From Patescibacteria group bacterium (GTDB taxonomy: Bacteria; Patescibacteriota; Patescibacteriia; Buchananbacterales; UBA6539): a stretch of 64,000 bases of DNA. Positions 9,821 through 17,583 of this stretch are shown here, in pieces. Made by a program: the position numbers and the translations under genes. Under the pieces are notes generated by a model that was not told the DNA's origin, made no database searches, and was given only the letters and a program-made list of their open reading frames with translations. Positions within the stretch are counted from its first letter, which is position 1. The number at the start of each line of letters is the position of its first letter. Location of the stretch: assembly GCA_034003985.1 (NCBI GenBank), contig JAVEXP010000003.1:58643-122642 (forward strand), in the 5' to 3' direction.

Positions 9821-10024
9821 AAATTTTTGTTTTTATTTTTTAGTTTCAATTTTTAAGGTTCAAAAAACACGGCTAAACCAAAGTTGTAATTGCGTCCGAA
9901 AGCCGTGTTCTACTTTTTTGGTTTTTTGTTTTATTTAGCCCACAAAATGTTTAGGGGCAAACGCTGCTGGTATTAACCAGTCAGGCAATCTAAAAAGATA
10001 GGGGTTCCCTATCTCAATATAATC

Positions 10025-10053
10025 AGTATAGCACATCTAAATTTTTTTGTCAA
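10025..10053 (-). promoter_or_regulatory. Sigma70-type promoter
   Basis: TTGACA-17-TATACT with an extended TG. Confidence 0.8.
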
Positions 10054-10064
10054 GATTTTAAAAT

Positions 10065-10104
10065 AAAAAAAGACCGGCGCATCGCTTGTTTGCAACGCGC
10101 CGGC
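10065..10104 (-). terminator. Rho-independent terminator of the GC-rich surface gene
   Basis: GCCGGCGCG...TGCGCCGGT followed by a T run. Confidence 0.75.
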
Positions 10105-10155
10105 ACTAAAGAGTTTGACTGTTTTTCGACCTTCAAAGGGTCGATAGCAGCACTG

Positions 10156-11571
10156 CTACTGAATGGGAATGGTGAGGTGAGCCAACGGCTCTACCTCGTT
10201 GCCCGCGCCGTCGGTAAATACCGGCGGACGATTGATGCAGGGGACCTGCCCGCACATTTCGGCGACGGTGTCGGACTGCACCAAGAACAACTCCAGACGA
10301 ACCGCGTCCGAATCCGGCGCAAACGAGATGTCCCAGGTTCCACCGACAATCGGCGAGTAGGCCTCGTCGCCGAAGTTCGGCTTGGCGTAATACGCCTCGT
10401 AGGTTCCGCCGTCACCGTCCGGGTGCTGGGTTACCGAGAACAGCACCAGATCGGCGCAGTTGGCCAAGGACTCAAGGTCCGGGCCAAAAATAACGCCATG
10501 CGACTGCGTGCCGTCGACTTCCGTCGAGAATAAAGTGTACTCGTTGAGATACACCTGCTCGCACGGAAGCAGCTCTCCTTCGCCTTCTCCTTCGCCTTCG
10601 CCCTCACCGGACACATCTTCCTCAAACACGGCTCGCACGGTCTTGTCGCCATCCACGGTTAAGGTGGTAGGATTGGTGGTGCCGGAGACATCCCCCTCCC
10701 AGTGGTCAAAGCGCCAACCAAAGCCATGAATGGCCCAGACTTGCACTTCGGTGCCAGCAGAAAAGTCACACACATGGGCATAGCCACATGGTGCGGGGTC
10801 CGTGGATATTGATCCATCGCCAACGACTTCCTTGGTGACGGTAAAGGTTTGGGTCTCACCTTCGCCCTCACCGGACTCAACACCGGTGACGGTAACGCTC
10901 TGGGAGCCCAACTGGCCGCAGTCATTGCTGACCACGACATACCAAGTCTGAGCCTGGTTGGTAACCCCCACCGAGAGAGGACTGGCGTCTATCGGGCCGA
11001 GAGACAAACCATCTTCTACCCGCCGCCATGAATACATCAGCGTTGGCGTTCCAGTTGCCTCAACATCCAGCGTCACCGTTTCGCCGACCATGGCTTCAAC
11101 CGACTGAGGTTGAACCGTGATTTGTGGCGCTTCGCACTCACCTTCGCCCTCACCTTCCGAGGAACAAGGGCCGGTGGAAACCCAGATCTGAACGGTCACA
11201 CCCGCTTCCACCTCCTGGCCCTGCCCGGGAGAACAGGCAAAAACCACTCCCGGCGCGACATAGTCATGACATTCGTGGGTCACGCTCGTTTGGAAACCGA
11301 GCAGCTCCAACGAAGTCCGAGCCTGGGCTTCCGTCAGTCCCAGCAACACGGGCACCATCACGGCATCCGACTGCCCGGGGCAAAAGCCGTCTTCTGTGGC
11401 TTCGGTCGGGCAATAGTGATACCCGTCCGAGTTGAAGAACTGGATGACGCGCAACAGCTCCGAGAGTTCGATGCGGCTGTCCTCGTTGATATCCGCATCA
11501 TGAAACACCTGAGCCTGCGCCGGGGCCATCATGAAGACGGCCGTCATCACTGCCAAGAACAATTTTCTCAT
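10156..11571 (-). CDS. Secreted multidomain protein: dockerin/EF-hand-like 'LSELLRVIQFFNS' module, PASTA, Ig-like and InlB-B-repeat-like domains with (EG)n linkers
   Basis: Signal peptide MRKLFLAVMTAVFMMAPAQA; DADINEDSRIELSELLRVIQFFNSDGYH; VPVLLGLTEAQA (PASTA); PQITVQPQS (Ig); GWRFDHWEGD..NPTTLTVDGDKTVRAVF; visibly GC-richer than its flanks. Confidence 0.85.
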   Translation of the reverse strand: MRKLFLAVMTAVFMMAPAQAQVFHDADINEDSRIELSELLRVIQFFNSDGYHYCPTEATEDGFCPGQSDAVMVPVLLGLTEAQARTSLELLGFQTSVTHECHDYVAPGVVFACSPGQGQEVEAGVTVQIWVSTGPCSSEGEGEGECEAPQITVQPQSVEAMVGETVTLDVEATGTPTLMYSWRRVEDGLSLGPIDASPLSVGVTNQAQTWYVVVSNDCGQLGSQSVTVTGVESGEGEGETQTFTVTKEVVGDGSISTDPAPCGYAHVCDFSAGTEVQVWAIHGFGWRFDHWEGDVSGTTNPTTLTVDGDKTVRAVFEEDVSGEGEGEGEGEGELLPCEQVYLNEYTLFSTEVDGTQSHGVIFGPDLESLANCADLVLFSVTQHPDGDGGTYEAYYAKPNFGDEAYSPIVGGTWDISFAPDSDAVRLELFLVQSDTVAEMCGQVPCINRPPVFTDGAGNEVEPLAHLTIPIQ

Positions 11572-11785
11572 CGCACTTTCCCTTTTTGTTACTAACCAGA
11601 CCACCACGACAAACCCTATTGCCGCAACGGACTAGCCATTTCTGAATTGTATATGGGCACTAACCAAGCACTCCTAGAATTTAATTTCTAGGACTTAGTT
11701 AGAATCTTACTTTTTATCATAAAATCAATATTTTGTCAATAGCAAGCATTATAAATCACTAATTTTAGCAAATTTACTCCATAAT

Positions 11786-11851
11786 AAAAGCGGCCGAAAG
11801 AGAGTTAAACCCCGAAACTTTGTTGATGCTAGGGTGCTCCTTTCGAGCCGC
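11786..11851 (-). ncRNA. Candidate small hairpin RNA ('RNA-C') with a large loop
   Basis: Stem GCGGCTCGAAAGGAG/CTCTCTTTCGGCCGC followed by TTTT; promoter TTGTAT-16-TATTAT at 11885-11858. Confidence 0.45.
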
Positions 11852-11883
11852 AAAATCATAATACCATAAAAATTGGCTGATAC

Positions 11884-12196
11884 AAAAATAACGGGTCGTT
11901 GGCGATTTGCCGCTGACCCGTGATTTGACCTGTTGTCTCAGTTTTTTCCCGTTTTTAAAGCGGTGCGGGCGCCGCTTCTATTTTTTTGTCTGCACTCTAG
12001 GGCAATCAAGATGGGCAGATCTCTAGCCCATAGCGCAAACGCGGATAGCTTAGCGATCCGCTAAATCGCCAGGCAAATTAAGAGAGGCTCAAGCCTCTCC
12101 CCCGGGGCCGCCTGGCCCTCCCCGAGTTACTGGGTGCTCTTGTGCATGGACCCTCCTCCCTCATCAGTTGTTGAAAGCTTCACCAAAACCACAGCA
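11884..12196 (-). ncRNA. Candidate multi-helix RNA ('RNA-B') with micro-ORF MHKSTQ
   Basis: Promoter TTGACT-17-TAGTCT (12231-12203); at least six GC-rich helices; terminator at 11921-11884; no long ORF. Confidence 0.55.
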
Positions 12197-12296
12197 ATTA
12201 GCAGACTAACAAAAAACACCAACCAAGTCAATAATATTTACAGCTATGGTAAAGACGGCTAAGATAAAAGCAACCACACTAAACGGAGGAGTGCCA

Positions 12297-12473
12297 ATGA
12301 AGAATACTGATGATGGCGACAAATCATTGGATTTTTACAGCCTACTGGAAGAGGGAATGTTTGCGGAGGGACAACAGTGGCCTTGGTTTGAATGCCCAGA
12401 TTTGCGGTTCAGACATCAGCTGAACCAAAAGACCTTGAGATCAATTCCTCAGACAGCAGACTATTCAAACTAA
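12297..12473 (+). CDS. Small hypothetical protein (58 aa)
   Basis: Promoter TTTACA-17-TAAGAT (12237-12265), SD GGAGG, ATG at 12297, strong hairpin at 12477-12513 downstream. Confidence 0.65.
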   Translation: MKNTDDGDKSLDFYSLLEEGMFAEGQQWPWFECPDLRFRHQLNQKTLRSIPQTADYSN

Positions 12474-12549
12474 ACTAATGGGCCCGGTTGGCAAAGCCAA
12501 CCGGGCCCTCATTAATTGAACGAAAAGAAACCAACAAAAAAATAAGTTA

Positions 12550-12620
12550 TAAAGAAAACACCTCGAAGTAAAACCACAAGGTGTTTCCCAAGTTTCTAGG
12601 TTATACCTAGCATCAACAAA
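12550..12620 (-). ncRNA. Candidate small RNA ('RNA-A')
   Basis: Promoter TTGACA-17-TAGGAT (12652-12624); hairpin CTAGG-TATAA-CCTAG; terminator-like AAACACCT/AGGTGTTT followed by TCTTT. Confidence 0.5.
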
Positions 12621-12739
12621 CCAATCCTAGCACAACTCTTAATTTTTGTCAAGCTTTAACCGAATTTAAAATCATCCATCAAAATTGCTTTTTGGGCTTA
12701 AGTCTTTTACAATAACTAAGGCGAATAAATAAAAAATCC

Positions 12740-14263
12740 ATGCCAACAATTGATGATTTGATAAAAGCCCTAAAAAACGGCGATGGTCAAAGAAACCAGC
12801 CAAAAATCCCCTTCCCCAACTTCAATCGGAATAACAAGAATGGGTATGATTTTGATTTCATTAAATTAGCCTACGAATACTCCGAGCAGGCCCATCATGG
12901 TCAAACGCGCAAATCCGGCGAGCCATATATTCAGCATCCTTTGCGAACCGCCATTCAATTGGCCAACATGAAGCTTGACCAAGCAACAATTATCGCCGGA
13001 TTATTACATGATGTTCCCGAGGACACTGACTACAGTTTGGTTGATATTGAGAAAAATTTTGGCCCCGAAATCGCCAAATTGGTTGGCGGCATCACCAAAC
13101 TTGGCATCATTAAATATCGTGGGATTGAGAAATATGCGGAAAATCTGCGCAAGATGTTTGTCTCCATGGCCCAGGACATCAGAATCATCCTGATTAAGAT
13201 GGCCGATCGACTGGACAACTTGCGAACCCTTGATGCCTTGCCCAAAGAAAAACAAAAACGGATTGCGGCTGAAAGCCTGGAAATCTATGCCCCGATTGCC
13301 AACCGTTTGGGTATGGGATCAATCAAAGGTGAAATTGAAGACTTGGCTTTTCCTTATGTTTACCCGGAAAAGTACCAATGGCTGGAACAAGAAATCATAC
13401 CAGCCATTAAAGTTGAAATGGAATACATCCAAAAAGTAATCAAAACCATTGAAAAAGAACTCAGACAAAATAAAATCAAGATTGTTTCGATTCATGGCCG
13501 GGCCAAACGGCTTTACAGCCTCTACCGCAAATTGATCAGGCCGCAATACGACGGCGATGTCTCCAAAATTTATGATTTGGTGGCTCTAAGAATACTGGTC
13601 CCAACCGTCGGCGATTGTTATCACGCTTTGGGAATTGTCCATGAAAATTGGAAACCTCTGCCGGGCAGAATTAAGGACTACATTTCCCAGCCAAAACCAA
13701 ACGGTTATCAATCACTACACTCCACCGTTTTTGGTCCGGAGGGCAAGATTGTCGAAGTTCAAATCAGGACTCCAGAAATGCACCATCAAGCCGAGTTTGG
13801 TATCGCCGCCCACTGGCACTACAAAGAAACCAATCATAGATCAAAAAAACTTGGCGACAAGGGCTATACCCTGCCAAAAAAATTGGACTGGGTCCAAGAT
13901 TTGGTAAAATGGCAGGAAGAAATCAGGGACAACGAACAATATCTTAAAGCTCTGACTTTGGATTTTTTCCAGAATCGAATTTTTGTTTTCACTCCCAAGG
14001 GTGATGTCATTGACCTGCCTGAAAATGCCACGCCGGTTGATTTTGCTTATCATGTCCACAGTTGGATCGGCGATCATTGTGTTGGCGCCAAAATCAACGG
14101 CCAAATAACCAGTCTGGATGATAAATTAAAAAACGGCGATGTCGTCGAAATCATCACCGATAAAAATCGCAAAGGCCCCAGCCGGGACTGGCTTAAATTT
14201 GTCAAAACCGGCGCAGCCAAAGGAAAAATCAAATCAAAATACCTCAGCCAGATAATCGACTGA
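12740..14263 (+). CDS. relA: RelA/SpoT (p)ppGpp synthase/hydrolase, C-terminally short form (HD-SYNTH-TGS)
   Basis: Motifs RKSGEPYIQHP, LLHDVPEDT, ADRLDNLRTL, KDYISQPKPNGYQSLH, EVQIRT, FTPKG..LP..ATPVDFAY. Confidence 0.93.
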   Translation: MPTIDDLIKALKNGDGQRNQPKIPFPNFNRNNKNGYDFDFIKLAYEYSEQAHHGQTRKSGEPYIQHPLRTAIQLANMKLDQATIIAGLLHDVPEDTDYSLVDIEKNFGPEIAKLVGGITKLGIIKYRGIEKYAENLRKMFVSMAQDIRIILIKMADRLDNLRTLDALPKEKQKRIAAESLEIYAPIANRLGMGSIKGEIEDLAFPYVYPEKYQWLEQEIIPAIKVEMEYIQKVIKTIEKELRQNKIKIVSIHGRAKRLYSLYRKLIRPQYDGDVSKIYDLVALRILVPTVGDCYHALGIVHENWKPLPGRIKDYISQPKPNGYQSLHSTVFGPEGKIVEVQIRTPEMHHQAEFGIAAHWHYKETNHRSKKLGDKGYTLPKKLDWVQDLVKWQEEIRDNEQYLKALTLDFFQNRIFVFTPKGDVIDLPENATPVDFAYHVHSWIGDHCVGAKINGQITSLDDKLKNGDVVEIITDKNRKGPSRDWLKFVKTGAAKGKIKSKYLSQIID

Positions 14264-15104
14264 CTAAATTATCCAGTTCTTCGCTTGAAAAAAATTCAAT
14301 CACAATTTGTCCGGATTCTCCGGATTTTTTGACATTAACCTTAGTGCCTAACGCGGCCTGCAGCCGGTCTTCCAAGGCGGTAATATTGGGATCCTTGGCC
14401 CGGCGAACATGGCGGCGAACAACAATTTTTTTGGCCTGATTTTCTGCGGCTCTAACCGTCAAATCCTGTTTCAAAACTTTCTGAAAAAATTTCAAGCGTT
14501 CCTGGGGAGGCAGACCAACAATCAAGCGCGCCGTGCTAAAGTTAATTTTACCGCTGGCTAAAGCTTTCTGAATTTCTGTCGGCAAAGTCAGCAACCGCAA
14601 AATATTGGTAACCGCCGAGCGGCTTTTGCCGACCCGCTTTGCCGCTTCTTCCTGAGTCAGACTAAATTCATCAATCAAGCGCTGATAAGCCACGGCTTCT
14701 TCAATCGGGGTTAAATCCTTACGCTGAATATTTTCAACTAAGGCTAATTCAAGCTTCTGCTGTTCGGCTAAATTACGAATGATGGCTGGAACCGTCTTTA
14801 ATTCCAAAATTTGAGAGGCGCGCAATCGTCGTTCACCGGCAATCACTTCATAATTATCACCACTGGGAACCAAGATTAACGGCTGTAAAATACCATGTTC
14901 CTTAATGGAATTGGTAAGCTCTTCCAAACTCTCATGATCAAAACTACTGCGCGGCTGTAAAGGATTAGCCTTAATTTTATTAATTGGCACTTGGGCAATT
15001 GATTCAGAAATCAGAATTTTTGAATCCTGCGGGATGATTTGTTTGTCGATTTTAGGCGGAATTAAGGAGCCTAGCCCCTTGCCTAGACCTTGAGGTTTTG
15101 CCAT
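14244..15104 (-). CDS. parB: Chromosome partitioning protein ParB
   Basis: Motifs GLGKGLGSLI, NPLQPR, GILQP, IAGERRLRA, ENIQRKDL; HTH GKSRSAVTNILRLL. Confidence 0.96.
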   Translation of the reverse strand: MAKPQGLGKGLGSLIPPKIDKQIIPQDSKILISESIAQVPINKIKANPLQPRSSFDHESLEELTNSIKEHGILQPLILVPSGDNYEVIAGERRLRASQILELKTVPAIIRNLAEQQKLELALVENIQRKDLTPIEEAVAYQRLIDEFSLTQEEAAKRVGKSRSAVTNILRLLTLPTEIQKALASGKINFSTARLIVGLPPQERLKFFQKVLKQDLTVRAAENQAKKIVVRRHVRRAKDPNITALEDRLQAALGTKVNVKKSGESGQIVIEFFSSEELDNLVSRLSG

Positions 15105-15107
15105 AGT

Positions 15108-15881
15108 TTAAAAAATATAATTTTCTTGCTCAATTATTTCCCCGGCAAGCTGCTCGTAAGCCTTGCCACCAGGAGAACTTGAATCATAAGATAAAATTGT
15201 CTGACCATAACTAGGCGATTCGGTCAGCCGGACATTGCGCGGAACGATGGTACTAAACAACCGGTGCGGAAAATGTTGACGCAGCTCTTCCAAAACCTGA
15301 AAAGAAAGCTTGTTGCGCTTGTCATACATGGTAACCACGGCACCCAAGATGGTTAATTCCGGCCGTAAATTTTCCTTAACCAGATTAACGGTGTTAAGCA
15401 ATTGACCCAAGCCTTCCAAAGCCAAATATTCGGCCTGGACCGGGATCATCACTTCTTTAGCCGCCACTAAGCCGTTAATAGTCAATAGATCCAAAGACGG
15501 CGGACAGTCAATCAAGATATAATCATAGTCGTTGCTGACTTCCAGCAAAGAATCGCGCAGCTTATACTCTCGATTTTCCGCGCCGACTAGTTCAACCCGG
15601 GCACCGGCTAAATCCTGAGTCGAGGGGGCCAATTTATAACCCTGATGATGAGTACCAACCGTAATTTCCCGAAATGAAACGGGACTAAAAAGCGTATGGT
15701 ACACCCCTTTTTCCAACCCGGCAGGATTAACACCAAGGCCGGAGGTGGCATTGGCCTGCGGATCAAGATCAACTAACAAAACAAACTTACCCAGCCAAGC
15801 CAAGTAAGCTCCTAAGTTTACTGCAGTGGTCGTCTTACCAACACCACCTTTTTGATTAACGATCGCAATAATCCTTGCCAT
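15108..15881 (-). CDS. parA: ParA/Soj ATPase
   Basis: Motifs NQKGGVGKTTT, DLDPQANAT, IDCPPSL, PVQAEYLALEG. Confidence 0.96.
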   Translation of the reverse strand: MARIIAIVNQKGGVGKTTTAVNLGAYLAWLGKFVLLVDLDPQANATSGLGVNPAGLEKGVYHTLFSPVSFREITVGTHHQGYKLAPSTQDLAGARVELVGAENREYKLRDSLLEVSNDYDYILIDCPPSLDLLTINGLVAAKEVMIPVQAEYLALEGLGQLLNTVNLVKENLRPELTILGAVVTMYDKRNKLSFQVLEELRQHFPHRLFSTIVPRNVRLTESPSYGQTILSYDSSSPGGKAYEQLAGEIIEQENYIF

Positions 15882-15909
15882 AGCTTAATTATAGTTGAAA
15901 AATAAACCT

Positions 15910-15938
15910 TTGACAATTATTATTTTTTTCATTATACT
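15910..15938 (+). promoter_or_regulatory. Sigma70-type promoter upstream of tRNA-Leu
   Basis: TTGACA-17-TATACT. Confidence 0.8.
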
Positions 15939-16139
15939 GTGTTTTGTAGTCGCTTAAGGCTCTTTTTGGTCTTTAGCTCCAATTTAAAATCGAACGGCGA
16001 CACCCTTTTCTGATAAGCCAATTGATAGCCCTTTTAAACTTATTTTAGTCGAACCTTATAAAAGCAGAAAGGAAGCCGGGAATAGAGAAAAATATCTCAA
16101 GTCAGGAAGCGGAAAAGAATTTTTAGAAAGCTTAATCAA

Positions 16140-16225
16140 GCCCGAGTGGCGGAACTGGTAGACGCGCACGACTCAAAATCGTGTGGACTCTGTCCGTGAG
16201 AGTTCGAGTCTCTCCTCGGGCACCA
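16140..16225 (+). tRNA. tRNA-Leu(CAA)
   Basis: GCCCGAG/CTCGGGC acceptor stem, anticodon arm CACGA-CTCAAAA-TCGTG, long variable arm, encoded CCA. Confidence 0.96.
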
Positions 16226-16235
16226 TAAAAATCTT

Positions 16236-16727
16236 ATGGAGCCAACACCGATCGTAAACAAAATAATAAGCCAGCCGTTTGTCATCAGCGGTTGTATTAT
16301 TAAAAACGGCGATCAATTTTTACTGGTTCAGGAAGCCCGCAAAGAAAGGGGCAAGTGGAACCAACCGGCCGGTTGGCTCGACTTTGGCGAAAAAATTATT
16401 GATGGCGCCAAACGCGAAGCCAAAGAAGAAACCGGTTTAGAAATTAAAATTACTGGGCTTCTGGGAATTTATTCCCTGATCAAACACCAAGACGGCAAGA
16501 TTTATCACGCGGTAAAATTTATTTTCGCCGCTGAAGCGTTGACTAATGATATAAAATTCGATCCCGAGGAGCTAATAGCTGTAAAATGGTTTAGCCTTGA
16601 TGAAATAAAAAAGTTAAAAGCAGAAAGGATTCTAAGAGATCACGACATTATTAATGAAATCCAAGATTACCTTGACGGTAAAATTTATCCGACAGAAATA
16701 GTTGATAAATATTACGAACAAGTTTGA
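16236..16727 (+). CDS. NUDIX hydrolase
   Basis: Nudix box GWLDFGEKIIDGAKREAKEETGL; WNQPAG. Confidence 0.92.
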   Translation: MEPTPIVNKIISQPFVISGCIIKNGDQFLLVQEARKERGKWNQPAGWLDFGEKIIDGAKREAKEETGLEIKITGLLGIYSLIKHQDGKIYHAVKFIFAAEALTNDIKFDPEELIAVKWFSLDEIKKLKAERILRDHDIINEIQDYLDGKIYPTEIVDKYYEQV

Positions 16728-16763
16728 CAATTGAACAGATTACTATTATACTGGCAAAATCGA

Positions 16764-16838
16764 CGCGGGATAGAGCAGTAGCAGCTCGCCAGGCCCATAA
16801 CCTGGAGGTCGGGGGTGCAAATCCCCCTCCCGCAACCA
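16764..16838 (+). tRNA. Initiator tRNA-fMet(CAT)
   Basis: C1:A72 mismatch, CAT anticodon, encoded CCA. Confidence 0.9.
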
Positions 16839-16872
16839 AATAAAAATAATTTACCCGATATAAAGACTTCGC

Positions 16873-16949
16873 GGCGAGGTAGCTCAGTTGGTTAGAGCGA
16901 AGGAATCATAACCCTTAGGTCGTGGGTTCGAATCCCACCCTCGCTACCA
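16873..16949 (+). tRNA. tRNA-Met(CAT), probably elongator
   Basis: GGCGAGG/CCTCGCT acceptor stem, loop ATCATAA, T-loop TTCGAAT, CCA. Ile2 identity is not excluded. Confidence 0.88.
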
Positions 16950-17067
16950 GACCCAAAAAATCAGCAATAAATCAGCAATTCTCTAGGTCAGGGGATTTTT
17001 TTGTTGTCCAAAAAAAATAAATTTGATAAAATATAAAAGTAATCAACAACTAACCAACTTAATAAAT

Positions 17068-17544
17068 ATGTATTTAACAATCCACGCGGCCGCCGGCGCC
17101 CTAATTGGCACCTATGTTGAAAACTCGCTAATTTCATTCATTGTGGGGTTTATGTCTCACTTCTTTTTAGATATGCTCCCGCACAAAGACGGCGAATTGC
17201 CGACCAAAACCCACAGCGCCAAAGCTTTGAGAAAACTGTATTTCAGTAAAATTGTCGGATTGATTTACTTTGACATCTCTATGGCTATCATCGTCGCTGG
17301 CGCATTATTTACCAATAATATCCAATTTTTAACTAAGCCAATCATTTGGGGAATGATCGGCGCGATTTTACCCGATGTTTTCCAAGCTTTAAGCTTTTTC
17401 TTTGCCAAAAATAAGATTCTTCGCAAATTCAACGAGTTTCACAATTTCATCCATTACTCTCCCCAGCAGCCGATTTCTTTTATTAATGGCCATCTCACCC
17501 AGCTAGCCACCTTGATTATTTTGATCAGGCCGTTGCTGATCTAA
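17068..17544 (+). CDS. Membrane-bound putative metal-dependent hydrolase
   Basis: Motifs M..T.HAAAG, SHFFLDMLPH, GAILPD, FH..IH. Confidence 0.7.
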   Translation: MYLTIHAAAGALIGTYVENSLISFIVGFMSHFFLDMLPHKDGELPTKTHSAKALRKLYFSKIVGLIYFDISMAIIVAGALFTNNIQFLTKPIIWGMIGAILPDVFQALSFFFAKNKILRKFNEFHNFIHYSPQQPISFINGHLTQLATLIILIRPLLI

Positions 17545-17583
17545 TCAAACAATAACCGACCGGAATCACCGGGATCTTTACTT

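Noticed and set aside
9840-10015. c-di-GMP-I riboswitch (GGCAAAC word)
   Set aside because: The word is on the strand opposite the promoter, and the GNRA loop and P2 are missing.
12160-12168. CTGATGAG hammerhead-like core on the minus strand
   Set aside because: No stem II followed by GAAA and no matching stems I/III.
14244-16139. parS site or oriC near parAB
   Set aside because: I did not find a TGTTTCACGTGAAACA-like palindrome or a DnaA-box cluster by eye.
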